Below the pieces are notes generated by a model. It did no database searches. It worked only from the letters and a program-made list of their open reading frames with translations, and had not been told where the DNA came from. Made by a program: the position numbers and the translations under genes. 64,000 nt of DNA, from contig JBCNUU010000004.1 of assembly GCA_039630545.1 (NCBI GenBank), forward strand, positions 32,001-96,000, given 5' to 3'. Source of the stretch: Endomicrobiia bacterium (GTDB taxonomy: Bacteria; Elusimicrobiota; Endomicrobiia; DTEH01). Positions 48,974 through 58,797 of this stretch are shown here, piece after piece. Positions within the stretch are counted from its first letter, which is position 1. Each line of letters begins with the position of its first letter.

Positions 48974-49056
48974 AAAATCTCTCCTCTTTTAAAAAGATTT
49001 ACTTCATTGACAAGAACTAAAAGGAAAGAAATTATGGTTATCTTCTACCATTATTT

Positions 49057-49692
49057 TTAATTTAATTCTTCACCTAATACATATCTAACAAATCTACGAA
49101 TGGTAATGTTTTCTTGAAGTTTTGATATTGTTTGAAGTAATAAATCTTTTACTTTTTGTTTTCCCTGAGGATCTCTAATATAAGGTTGTTCTAAAAGACA
49201 TGTTTCCTCATAAAACTTTGTCAGTTTTCCCTCAATAACTTTCTCTAATACACTCTCAGGTTTATCTTTATATTTTTCTTCAGTAAGTAGTTGTTTTTTA
49301 TATATCTCTTTTTCCCTTTCTAATACCTCTTGTGGAACATCTTCTTTTTTAATCCACTTAGGGCCACAAGCAGCAATTTGCATACAGATTTCTTTAGCTA
49401 AGTTTCTGAATTCTTCAGTTCTAGCAACAAAATCAGTCTCACAATTTATTTCAAGCATTACACCTATTCTATCACCAGGATGAATATAGGATATAATAAT
49501 TCCATTATTTCCTGGTTTACTTGCAGACTTTGATAATGCTTTAACTATCCCTCGTTCTCTTAATAGAGTTATTGCTTTTTCTATATCATAGTTTGTTTCT
49601 TCTAAAACCTTTTTACAATCTAAAATTCCTGCTCCTGTAGCGCTCCTCAGTTTCTGCAGAAGTTTAATTTGTTCTACATTATTACTTGCCAT
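49057..49692 (-). CDS. tsf: Elongation factor Ts (short form)
   Basis: LRSATGAGILDCKK, EINCETDFVA. Confidence 0.96.
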   Translation of the reverse strand: MASNNVEQIKLLQKLRSATGAGILDCKKVLEETNYDIEKAITLLRERGIVKALSKSASKPGNNGIIISYIHPGDRIGVMLEINCETDFVARTEEFRNLAKEICMQIAACGPKWIKKEDVPQEVLEREKEIYKKQLLTEEKYKDKPESVLEKVIEGKLTKFYEETCLLEQPYIRDPQGKQKVKDLLLQTISKLQENITIRRFVRYVLGEELN

Positions 49693-49694
49693 AT

Positions 49695-50486
49695 CTATCC
49701 TCCCTGAATATCTTCTTTTGATAAATCAATTTCTTTAGAAATTTCTTCTTCTGATAATGGCTCAGATACAGGTATCTCTTCAGCTGATGTAGTCTGCTGT
49801 AATAGTTTTTTATTGCCTTCAATTACTGCATCTGCTATAGTAGAACATACAAGTTTAATTGACCTTATTGCGTCGTCGTTTGCAGGAATAGGATACTCTA
49901 TTAAATCGGGATCAGCATCTGTATCACATATTCCAACAATTGGTATTTTCATTCTTTTTGCTTCCTTTACAGCAATTTGTTCATATACAACATCCACAAT
50001 AAAAACTATATCAGGAAGTTTTTCCATGTTTCTTATACCTTCTAACATTTTTTGTAATTTTAACATCTTTTTTAGCATCATCTTTGCTTCTTTCTTTTTT
50101 AACTTTTCAAACAATCCCTCTTTCTGCATCTTTTCAAGTTCTTCTAATTTCTTAACGGATTTTCTAATAGTTTCAAAATTTGTCAATATGCCTGGAAGCC
50201 ATTTGTAATTTACAAAATAAGCACCACATCTTTCTGCCTCCTGCTTTAGAGTCTGTTGCGCTTGGGGCTTCGTACCTACAAAGAGTATTTTTTTTCCTTC
50301 AGCAATTGAGTCTTTCACAAAACTATAGGCTCTTCTTATTTCCCTTACAGTTTTTTGTAAGTCAAGAATATGAATTTTGTTTCTTGCACCAAAAATATAT
50401 GGTTTCATTTTGGGATTCCACTTCCTTGTTTGATGCCCAAAATGAACACCTGCTTCCAATAATGTTTTTAAAGTAACATTTACCAT
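49695..50486 (-). CDS. rpsB: 30S ribosomal protein S2
   Basis: LEAGVHFGHQTRKWNPKM, PANDDAIRS. Confidence 0.98.
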   Translation of the reverse strand: MVNVTLKTLLEAGVHFGHQTRKWNPKMKPYIFGARNKIHILDLQKTVREIRRAYSFVKDSIAEGKKILFVGTKPQAQQTLKQEAERCGAYFVNYKWLPGILTNFETIRKSVKKLEELEKMQKEGLFEKLKKKEAKMMLKKMLKLQKMLEGIRNMEKLPDIVFIVDVVYEQIAVKEAKRMKIPIVGICDTDADPDLIEYPIPANDDAIRSIKLVCSTIADAVIEGNKKLLQQTTSAEEIPVSEPLSEEEISKEIDLSKEDIQGG

Positions 50487-50546
50487 TTTTTTCTCCTTTT
50501 GTAAAAAATATTAAAAATATTATAAATTTAAGTATAAAATTATAAA

Positions 50547-51392
50547 CTACTTTTCAATAGTTAGTTGAAATTTTTCAATTTCTTTTTTCTTTTCAAGGGG
50601 AAATTTTGAATCAATACTTTTGGTTGGACATTTTAGTTTGCAAACTCCACAGTTATTACAATTTGTATATTTCATTATAGCTAAATTTTCTTCTAAATAT
50701 ATATCAGAAACAGGACATGATTTTACGCATATCCCGCAACCTATACATCCAACAGAACAAATCTGTCTTACTACTATACCCTTGTCTTTTGAACTACAAA
50801 GTATGTGAACATAATAATTGCATGGTACTAATTTTATTAGCTTATTAGGACAAACCCTCACACATAATCCACATCCAGTGCATTTAAGAGGATCAACCTC
50901 TGCTACATTGTTTTTAATAAAAATAGCATCAAAAGGACATACTTCTACACAATCCCCAAAACCTAAACATCCATATTTACACATTTTTTGACCATCAAAA
51001 TACTTATCAGCTATATCACATCTTTTAATTCCTTTATATATAAATTCATCCTTTGCGAAATTTCCTCCTTTGCATAGAACTACAGCTACTGTCCTTTGAA
51101 GATTTTCAACTTCTTTACCTAAAATATTTGCTATTTTTTTGCTCACATCAGGACCACCCGGTTTACATAAAGTGATCTCTACGCTATCTTTCAAGATTGC
51201 CTCAGCATATTGTTCACATCCTGGATAACCACAAGCACCACAGTTAACACCAGGAAGGACTAAAACTATCTGTTCTTTTAGAGGATCTTCTTCAACTTTA
51301 AACTTTTTTGCAGCAACACTAAGTAGCATACCTATAACTACACTTGTGGTTCCCATTACTAATAAAGATTGTATTATAATAGATTCATTCAT
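50547..51392 (-). CDS. rnfB: Rnf complex subunit B
   Basis: LPGVNCGACGYPGC, multiple 4Fe-4S motifs. Confidence 0.93.
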   Translation of the reverse strand: MNESIIIQSLLVMGTTSVVIGMLLSVAAKKFKVEEDPLKEQIVLVLPGVNCGACGYPGCEQYAEAILKDSVEITLCKPGGPDVSKKIANILGKEVENLQRTVAVVLCKGGNFAKDEFIYKGIKRCDIADKYFDGQKMCKYGCLGFGDCVEVCPFDAIFIKNNVAEVDPLKCTGCGLCVRVCPNKLIKLVPCNYYVHILCSSKDKGIVVRQICSVGCIGCGICVKSCPVSDIYLEENLAIMKYTNCNNCGVCKLKCPTKSIDSKFPLEKKKEIEKFQLTIEK

Positions 51393-51395
51393 AAC

Positions 51396-51983
51396 CTAAA
51401 ACCCAAATAATCCTATTAAACCCATAAATGACAAAGACATCAAAGCTGAAGTAACAAAAACTATACCGTAACCTTTTGCTGCATTAGGTAAAGGTGCTAA
51501 TTCTATTCTTTCTCTTATTGATGAAAAAAGAATAATTGCTAAAGTATAACCTATTGCTGTACCAGAAGAAAAAACAATTGTTTGAAGAAGTGAATACTGA
51601 TAATCTACCACAAGAAAAGCCACAGCTAATATAGCACAATTAGTAGTAATCAATGGTAAATATATCCCCAGAGCTTTAAATAAACCTGGTAAAAACTTTT
51701 TCATAAATAATTCTACAAGTTGAACAAGTGAAGAAATTATCAATATGAAAACAATTATTTTCAAAAATTCAAGATTTAATGGTAACAACACAAAATAATA
51801 AAGAAACCACGAAACAACAGCTGCTAGATTCATAACAAAAAACACTGCAGCCGACATTCCTAGTGCAGAAGACAATTTATTTGAAACACCAAAAAATGAA
51901 CATAATCCTAAAAATTTCATTAAAATTATATTATTTACAAAGATAGATGAAATAAAAATTCCTAATAGAGAAATATTATTCAT
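51396..51983 (-). CDS. rnfA: Rnf complex subunit A
   Basis: FLGLC, LVQLVE, LPLITTNC. Confidence 0.93.
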   Translation of the reverse strand: MNNISLLGIFISSIFVNNIILMKFLGLCSFFGVSNKLSSALGMSAAVFFVMNLAAVVSWFLYYFVLLPLNLEFLKIIVFILIISSLVQLVELFMKKFLPGLFKALGIYLPLITTNCAILAVAFLVVDYQYSLLQTIVFSSGTAIGYTLAIILFSSIRERIELAPLPNAAKGYGIVFVTSALMSLSFMGLIGLFGF

Positions 51984-52657
51984 TTGTTCTTAAGAAACTC
52001 CATACATGTGGATTTTAAGCTACAACCTTCACATGATGAAGGAAGGTTACTTATAATTTTTGTTTTTTTAATTAACTTGTTTTCTATATACTTTGTAATA
52101 GTAATTACCACACCTGCAGCTAAAAATCCTCCTGGTGGTAAAACCATTATAACTGCTGGATAAGAAAACAATTCTTTTGAACCAAAAATTGTTCCTGAAC
52201 CTAAAAGTTCTCTTATTATTCCTAAAATGACTATTGCTAAAAAAAAGCCTCCACCCATACTAATACCATCTACAAATGAATAAAAAATGTTATTCTTAGA
52301 GGCAAAAGCTTCAGCTCTTGCTAAAATTATACAATTAACCACTATTAATGGAATAAAAACGCCTAAACTTTCTGAAAGAGTAGGAAAGTAGGCTTTTATT
52401 GTATAATCAACTATGGTGGTAAATGTAGCTATTACTACTATAAAAATAGGTATTCTAATATTATGCGGGATTATCCTCCTTATAAGTGAAATCAAAATAT
52501 TCGAACAAGTAAGAACAAATGTAGCTGCTAACCCCATACCTACAGCATCATTAGCTGTAGTTGAACATGCTAAAAAGGGACAAAGTCCTATCATCATTAT
52601 AAGAACAGGATTTTCTTTTAGAATACCTCTTAGTATTATTTCAAAAATTTTTCTCAT
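51980..52657 (-). CDS. rnfE: Rnf complex subunit E
   Basis: ENP, GLCP, IRIP, FIPLIVVNC, PPGGF. Confidence 0.93.
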   Translation of the reverse strand: MRKIFEIILRGILKENPVLIMMIGLCPFLACSTTANDAVGMGLAATFVLTCSNILISLIRRIIPHNIRIPIFIVVIATFTTIVDYTIKAYFPTLSESLGVFIPLIVVNCIILARAEAFASKNNIFYSFVDGISMGGGFFLAIVILGIIRELLGSGTIFGSKELFSYPAVIMVLPPGGFLAAGVVITITKYIENKLIKKTKIISNLPSSCEGCSLKSTCMEFLKNK

Positions 52658-53343
52658 TGTTGTGGTTGTATTTCTTGTTGAAGATATGTTGTAGTTAACT
52701 GCTCTAAAACAGCAGAAAATGAACTTTTTTTAGTATTTGATTGCATGCGTTGCGGTTTTATCTGTAAACTATAATGTTCCTGTTGAACCTTTGACAATGA
52801 CAAAATATATTTATTTAACTCCTCATCTAAAAGTAATTCCTGTAAAGAATTAGTAATTGCTTTTGAGGTTATAGTAGCACCTGTGATAGCATCAATTTTT
52901 CCTTGAACATTATCTTTCTTAAGTACTAATTCTTGAGGTACTTTATCAATAAATTGTGACAAAAATTTATCTTTTGCAACATTTGCACCTAAACCTGGTG
53001 TTTCTTTATGTGAAAGTACTTTAATACCTATTATTTTTAAAGGAACTTCAGGTTTTATTCCCACCAGATACTCTATGGGCCCACCATATCCTTTACAAGA
53101 ATTTTTTACTAAAATACCTATAAGAGTATTTTTTTCATCGAAACATTCTTCTATATTAAGTTTTTCTAAACTTTTCACAACAAAATTTTCCATATGTGGT
53201 ATTATTTGTTTTTTAAGTTTTACTTCTTTTTGTACTTTATTTAACTGAATGCGAGGTTGAGTTTTAACATATAAAAAAGATAAACTTACAGCAGAAAAAC
53301 AACATACAATAAATAACACTATTATCATGTTAAGTGTTTTCAT
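52654..53343 (-). CDS. rnfG: Rnf complex subunit G
   Basis: GYGG, ETPGLG, DAITGATITS (FMN site). Confidence 0.93.
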   Translation of the reverse strand: MKTLNMIIVLFIVCCFSAVSLSFLYVKTQPRIQLNKVQKEVKLKKQIIPHMENFVVKSLEKLNIEECFDEKNTLIGILVKNSCKGYGGPIEYLVGIKPEVPLKIIGIKVLSHKETPGLGANVAKDKFLSQFIDKVPQELVLKKDNVQGKIDAITGATITSKAITNSLQELLLDEELNKYILSLSKVQQEHYSLQIKPQRMQSNTKKSSFSAVLEQLTTTYLQQEIQPQQ

Positions 53344-54278
53344 TTTTTATTATACCCAAATTTTTTACGGATGGTACTTTCATCTATCAACGGTGTAAAA
53401 AGATTCATAAATAATATTGAAAAACATACTCCTTCTGGATAACTTCCCCAAAAACGAATAATACATGTAAGGATTCCGCAAAGTAAAGCAAATATTATTT
53501 TCCCTTTGGGAGTTACAGGAGTAGTAACAGGATCAGTTATCATAAAAATCCCACCTAAAAAAATTCCGCCAGAAAATAAATAAATCCACAGATGTCTTAA
53601 ATCAACTATTGCTGTAAACAAAGCAATAACTAATATATAAAAAACAGGTACAAAAGGATTTATATGTCTTCTAGCAACAAGATATAAGTAACCTAAAAGT
53701 AATAAAATTACAGAAGTCTCTCCAATACATCCTGGATAATTACCTAAAATTAATGTTTTAATCTCTGGCAAAGAATTTATTTGTTCAGGAAAATGTTTTA
53801 AAACAGTAAGAGGGGTTGCAGAAGTAATTCCGTCAATACTAAAATTCCCCATATGCTGAGGAAACGCAATATGAACAAAAGCTCTTCCTATTAGTGCCGG
53901 ATTAAACGGATTATATCCTAAACCTCCATAAAAATGTTTAGCAAATACAATAGCTATAAAACATCCAATTGCAACAATCCATATAGGAATTTTAGGTGGA
54001 AGTGTATAAGCAAAAAGTATACCTGTAATAACACAACTTAAATCATAAATTGTAGTTTTCTGTTTTCTTAAAAAATTTACAAATAATTCAAATAAAATTG
54101 AAAAAACTACCGAAGCCAGTATAACTAAAGCAACATAGTATCCAAAAAATATCACCGCACCGATCCCAGCTGGAATTAAGGCAAATATGGTGTCTCTCAT
54201 CATTGTAGAAATAGTGTGGGTGGCTCTTACATGAGGAGCTGGAGTGATATAATATTCTTTTTCGTTTTGTGTTTGCAT
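53340..54278 (-). CDS. rnfD: Rnf complex subunit D
   Basis: GGLGYNPFNPA, TSATPL, GETS, TDPVT, PEGV. Confidence 0.93.
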   Translation of the reverse strand: MQTQNEKEYYITPAPHVRATHTISTMMRDTIFALIPAGIGAVIFFGYYVALVILASVVFSILFELFVNFLRKQKTTIYDLSCVITGILFAYTLPPKIPIWIVAIGCFIAIVFAKHFYGGLGYNPFNPALIGRAFVHIAFPQHMGNFSIDGITSATPLTVLKHFPEQINSLPEIKTLILGNYPGCIGETSVILLLLGYLYLVARRHINPFVPVFYILVIALFTAIVDLRHLWIYLFSGGIFLGGIFMITDPVTTPVTPKGKIIFALLCGILTCIIRFWGSYPEGVCFSILFMNLFTPLIDESTIRKKFGYNKK

Positions 54279-54286
54279 GAAAATAT

Positions 54287-55591
54287 TTATCTGTTTATAT
54301 TTTGTATCTTTAAAAATTCTTTTGCATATTTTATCTGAGATACTATTGGTCTTTTAGCAACACATATATAAGAACAACATCCACATTCAATACAATCATA
54401 TAATGAATATTTCTGTAATTTTTCCCATTTTTTGTGCTCTATGTAAACACTTAAAAAATTAGGCATAAGTTTCATAGGACAAACAGATATACATTTAGCA
54501 CACCTTATACATTGGAAGTAAAAATCATCAATCTGATTTGTTAAAAAAATTATACCCGAAGTACCTTTAATAACAGGTGTATCTAATGTTTTCTGTGCAA
54601 TACCCATCATTGGACCACCCATTATTATTTTGTTTATATCTGTAAGATCAATATTTAAAATATGTACTATATCTTTAATAGAAATTCCTATTGGAAGTAT
54701 AAAATTTCCTATTCTATTTATATTTCCGGAAATAGTGACTGCTCTTTCTATAAGAGGTATTCCTTTTGTAATACATCTATATATTGCTACTAAAGTAGAA
54801 ACATTATGTACTATAACACCAACATCCATCGGCAAACCACCTGACGGAACTTCTCTGTTAAGTACTGTTTTTATAAGTTGTTTTTCTGCCCCTTGAGGAT
54901 ATCTAGTTTTTACAACTTTCACTTCTACATTTGGAACTTTTTCAACTTTCTGTTTAATTTTATAAATTGCTTCGGGTTTGTTATCTTCTATTACTACTAT
55001 ACCTTTCATAGCATCAACTATATACATAACTATTCTTAAACCTTCTACCACTTCATCATAGTATTCCTGCATAACTCTATCATCGACTGTTAAATAAGGC
55101 TCACACTCACATCCATTTGCAATAACATAATCTATTAGTTTATCTTTAGGAGGATTTAATTTAATATGTGTAGGAAACATAGCACCACCTAAACCAACAA
55201 CTCCACTTTCTTTAATATGGTTGACAAGTTCTTCTTTTGGAAATCTATGATAGTCTTTATATTTAGAAGAAAATTCAACAGATGTATTTTTACCATCATT
55301 TTCTATTATTATAGCGGGCATTTTTCTACACAAAGTGGGATGATAAATTTCTTTTATATCTATGACCTTTCCAGAAACCGGAGAGTGTAAATTTGAAGAT
55401 ATTAAACCATCTGCTTCAGCTATTTTTTGACCTTTTAAAACATAATCTCCTGTCTTAACTAGAGGTTTCGATATCTTGCCTGCATGTTGCTGAAGATGCA
55501 AATATAAATACTGAGGTAAAGGCAGAGTTTCAAATCTGTAATGTCTCGATTTTTTTTCTTCTTTTGGATGTAAACCTCCATAAAATCCCAT
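54287..55591 (-). CDS. rnfC: Rnf complex subunit C
   Basis: GVVGLGGAMFPTHIK, ECEPYLT, YPQGAEK, GGPMMG, CIRCAKC, CIECGCC. Confidence 0.95.
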   Translation of the reverse strand: MGFYGGLHPKEEKKSRHYRFETLPLPQYLYLHLQQHAGKISKPLVKTGDYVLKGQKIAEADGLISSNLHSPVSGKVIDIKEIYHPTLCRKMPAIIIENDGKNTSVEFSSKYKDYHRFPKEELVNHIKESGVVGLGGAMFPTHIKLNPPKDKLIDYVIANGCECEPYLTVDDRVMQEYYDEVVEGLRIVMYIVDAMKGIVVIEDNKPEAIYKIKQKVEKVPNVEVKVVKTRYPQGAEKQLIKTVLNREVPSGGLPMDVGVIVHNVSTLVAIYRCITKGIPLIERAVTISGNINRIGNFILPIGISIKDIVHILNIDLTDINKIIMGGPMMGIAQKTLDTPVIKGTSGIIFLTNQIDDFYFQCIRCAKCISVCPMKLMPNFLSVYIEHKKWEKLQKYSLYDCIECGCCSYICVAKRPIVSQIKYAKEFLKIQNINR

Positions 55592-55604
55592 ATTAATTAA
55601 GCCT

Positions 55605-56495
55605 CTAGTTACTTTTTTCTAATATTTGATACTTTTCAACATTAACTTTAATAAAATCTTCCCAGATTTGAAGTAAATGTTTATTTTCTTCCTGAAATAA
55701 GTGTTGAAATCTTTTTTGAAGTTTCAAAAATTCCTCTATTGGTTTTAATTCTTTAAGTTTCTTTACTTTCGTTAAAACTCCATTTTCATATTCTATTAAT
55801 GGGAAAAGACCAGTTTCTACTGCTAATTCCGCAATTTTTATAGACAAACTTGGATCATATCCCCAACCTAATGGACATGGAGCAAAAATATAAATAAATT
55901 TAGCACCTTTTATCTTTATGGCTTTCTTAACTTTATTTTGTAAATCCACAGGATAACATATAGTGGCTGTAGCTATGTAACTACACCTATGCGCTAAAGC
56001 AATATCAATCAAATTTTTTTTCCATGTGATATTCCCATACGAATTTCTACCTACAGGAGATGTACCTGTATTTGCCCCAACAGGAGAAGTTCCACTTCTT
56101 TGAATTCCAGTGTTCATGTAAGCTTCATTATCGTAACATATACTTAACACATTGTGACCTCTTTCCCATAGACCTGAAAAAGCTTGAAATCCAATATCTG
56201 CAAAACCACCATCTCCTGCCTGCGCTATTACATTAACATCAGTTTTACCTAAATACTTTAAAGCTTTTTCTATACCAGAAGCTACAGCAGCTGCATTTTC
56301 AAAAAGAGAATGGATAAAAGGAACCCTCCACGAAGTATAAGGATAACCTGTGGAAAATACTTCCAGACACCCTGTGTTATTCACCACTATAGTATTAGGT
56401 CCTGCAGCATCTATTACTAACCTTGCCGCTAATGATTGCCCACATCCCGCACATGCTGTATGACCTGGTGTAAATAAAATTTTTTCGTCAATCAT
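55605..56495 (-). CDS. porB: Pyruvate/2-oxoacid:ferredoxin oxidoreductase beta subunit
   Basis: CAGCG, TGCLEV, GDGG, YDNEAYMNTGIQRS, PCPLGW. Confidence 0.9.
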   Translation of the reverse strand: MIDEKILFTPGHTACAGCGQSLAARLVIDAAGPNTIVVNNTGCLEVFSTGYPYTSWRVPFIHSLFENAAAVASGIEKALKYLGKTDVNVIAQAGDGGFADIGFQAFSGLWERGHNVLSICYDNEAYMNTGIQRSGTSPVGANTGTSPVGRNSYGNITWKKNLIDIALAHRCSYIATATICYPVDLQNKVKKAIKIKGAKFIYIFAPCPLGWGYDPSLSIKIAELAVETGLFPLIEYENGVLTKVKKLKELKPIEEFLKLQKRFQHLFQEENKHLLQIWEDFIKVNVEKYQILEKSN

Positions 56496-56506
56496 ATATC
56501 CTCCAG

Positions 56507-57694
56507 TTAGATATAACTTCCTAAATTTTTTTCATTTATTCCTATAAATTTAGAAGAAAAAATTTCTTTTTCTGTATAAAGTTGTTCTATCTCTTCCAAT
56601 GAAACGTCTCTTCCGCCAAGCCCACAGATATATCCTGAAATCTTTGGTAGCTTAGAAATGCCACTATTTTGAGCATAATTATAAACAGATGTCACTATGT
56701 CGCTATACAATCCACCTGTATGTCCTAAAGATATATCTTTTTCTAAAACTATTACTCTATTAAACTTTGATAAAATTCTACCAATTTCTGCAGGAAATGG
56801 TCTGTAGGTAATTATTCGTAAAAGACCAACTTTTTCGTTTTTTTCTCTTAGTCTATCAATTGTGTCTTTTATAGGTCCTGATAAAGAACCAAAGGTTACA
56901 TACACTGTATCAGCGTCTTCTAAGTAGTATTCTTCATAAAATCCATAAGATTTTCTTCCAAACATTTTTGTGAATTCTTCCGCAATTTTCGGAATTTTGC
57001 TTTTAACTTCATTAAGCATTGTATGATGAATTGCATATCTTGTCTCCATATACCATTCTGGACCAACTAATGCTCCAAATGTAAGAGGGTTTTCTGGATC
57101 AAGCTTATAGATAGGATTATATGGAGGCAAAAACTTGTCTACCAACTCTTGGGAAGGCAACTCTACTGCCTCATAACCATGACTTAAAACAAATCCATCG
57201 ATATTTACTATAACGGGAAGCATAACTTCTGGATCTTCGGCTAGTTTAAAAGCTTGAATATGAAGATCACAAGCTTCCTGAATATTTTCAGCAAAAAATA
57301 AAATTGCTCCAGAATCTCTTACACTCATAATATCCTGTTGATCATTCCAGATATTAATCGGTGCTGAAACTGCTCTGTTTACACAACACATTACTACAGG
57401 CAACCTTAAACCAGCTATATTAAATATAACCTCTGCCATAAGCAACAAACCTTGAGAAGAAGTAGAACTATATACTCTAACTCCGGTAGCTGATGCACCC
57501 AGAATACAACTCGCAGCAGAATGTTCAGATTCTACATTCACAATTTCAGCTTTTAATTCTCCATTTGCAATAAGGGAAGAAAGTTCTTCAGGAATATGTG
57601 TTTGAGGAGTAATAGGATAAGCAGCAATTACTCCGGGTCTGCATAGAGCTACGGTTTTTGCTATTGAAGTTGCCCCTTCTAAAAATTGTTTCAT
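56507..57694 (-). CDS. porA: Pyruvate/2-oxoacid:ferredoxin oxidoreductase alpha subunit (ATG 57694 after GGGAG)
   Basis: AYPITPQT, VESEHSA, TSSQGL, RPFP, GLGGRD. Confidence 0.92.
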   Translation of the reverse strand: MKQFLEGATSIAKTVALCRPGVIAAYPITPQTHIPEELSSLIANGELKAEIVNVESEHSAASCILGASATGVRVYSSTSSQGLLLMAEVIFNIAGLRLPVVMCCVNRAVSAPINIWNDQQDIMSVRDSGAILFFAENIQEACDLHIQAFKLAEDPEVMLPVIVNIDGFVLSHGYEAVELPSQELVDKFLPPYNPIYKLDPENPLTFGALVGPEWYMETRYAIHHTMLNEVKSKIPKIAEEFTKMFGRKSYGFYEEYYLEDADTVYVTFGSLSGPIKDTIDRLREKNEKVGLLRIITYRPFPAEIGRILSKFNRVIVLEKDISLGHTGGLYSDIVTSVYNYAQNSGISKLPKISGYICGLGGRDVSLEEIEQLYTEKEIFSSKFIGINEKNLGSYI

Positions 57695-57719
57695 AATTAT
57701 TCTCCCTGCAATAAAAAAA

Positions 57720-57968
57720 CTATTCCTCAACCATTATTATATCTTTTACTGGACATATCTCAACGCACATTCCACAACCTTTACAATAGTCTAAATTTGC
57801 ATCATAATTTTTTTTAGAGCCACTTACACACCCCTCTGGACATATTAAATAACACATCCTACATCCTGTACAATTTTTGTGTAAAAATTTTGGTTTTTTA
57901 CCCATTCTCCAGCTTCCAGTTTTATTTTTTAATCCAGTGGCTGAAGGTAATATCATTTTAGCAAACAT
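57720..57968 (-). CDS. porD: 2-oxoacid:ferredoxin oxidoreductase delta subunit
   Basis: KTGSWR, CTGCRMCYLICPEG, YCKGCGMCVEICP. Confidence 0.92.
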   Translation of the reverse strand: MFAKMILPSATGLKNKTGSWRMGKKPKFLHKNCTGCRMCYLICPEGCVSGSKKNYDANLDYCKGCGMCVEICPVKDIIMVEE

Positions 57969-57983
57969 ATTATTCCTCCATAC

Positions 57984-58523
57984 TTAAACCGACACGTTAT
58001 CTTTAGCCCAATTATACCCTGCTTCGGCTAATTTTAAATTTGCTTCCAAAACTTTTCCTTTAAATCTTTCTTTTATTGCCTCATAAAGTATCTCTATTTT
58101 AATATCTGAATCAACCACACAAAAAGCGCCCAAAAGAACTGTGTTTGCAAAAATTTTTCCAGTAATTTCTTGAGAAATTCTGTTTGCAGGTATAGAAATA
58201 ATTTTTTTTCCATAAGGTGTGTAATCTTTTTGAGAATTTATTATACAAATAGCTTTTTCTTTCAAGCTATTTACCACATTTTGGCTTTCAAAAAGTGTCT
58301 CATCTACCACTATTGCATAGTCAGCTATCTTTATTCTTGTTCTTAACCTTATAGGCTTGTCGCCATATCTCAAAAAAGCATTCATTGGTGCTCCCATTCT
58401 TGCAGCTCCAAAATGAGGAAAGGCATATGCGTGTTTACCTATTTTTACCAACGCAGAGCCCAAGATTTGTGCTGTGGTAATTGCTCCTTGACCTGCTCTT
58501 GCAAAAATTATTATCTCTTTCAT
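57984..58523 (-). CDS. porC: 2-oxoacid:ferredoxin oxidoreductase gamma subunit
   Basis: RAGQGAIT, FPHFGAARMGAP, NTVLLGA. Confidence 0.9.
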   Translation of the reverse strand: MKEIIIFARAGQGAITTAQILGSALVKIGKHAYAFPHFGAARMGAPMNAFLRYGDKPIRLRTRIKIADYAIVVDETLFESQNVVNSLKEKAICIINSQKDYTPYGKKIISIPANRISQEITGKIFANTVLLGAFCVVDSDIKIEILYEAIKERFKGKVLEANLKLAEAGYNWAKDNVSV

Positions 58524-58550
58524 AATTTTTAGATAGATTATTATTCATTA

Positions 58551-58736
58551 TTATTCTATTATAATAGCTTCTGTAGGACAATTCTCAGCAGCTTCTTTTA
58601 CTTTATCTTCATATTCTACCGGTACAACATCGGTTTTTACTATTGCAGAATCTTCACCCATTTCAAATACTTCTGGACAGGTATCAGCACATAGCCCACA
58701 AGCGGTGCACAAATCTTTATCTATTTTTACTTTCAT
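58551..58736 (-). CDS. Monocluster ferredoxin
   Basis: CTACGLC...CPTEAI, 61 aa, acidic; AAGGAGG SD. Confidence 0.93.
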   Translation of the reverse strand: MKVKIDKDLCTACGLCADTCPEVFEMGEDSAIVKTDVVPVEYEDKVKEAAENCPTEAIIIE

Positions 58737-58768
58737 ATCATAGCCCTCCTTTTAAAAAATTAGAGATA

Positions 58769-58797
58769 AATTTATAAAATTATAAAATTTTTGTCAA
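58769..58797 (-). promoter_or_regulatory. Predicted promoter of the ferredoxin-por-rnf operon
   Basis: TTGACA-N17-TAAATT. Confidence 0.6.

Noticed and set aside
49007..49035. Plus-strand TTGACA as an antisense promoter into tsf
   Set aside because: The best -10 at proper spacing is AATTAT, too weak in such AT-rich DNA.
58737..58793. Possible Rex box before the ferredoxin-por-rnf operon
   Set aside because: The best candidates have about six mismatches; only AT-rich pseudo-palindromes.
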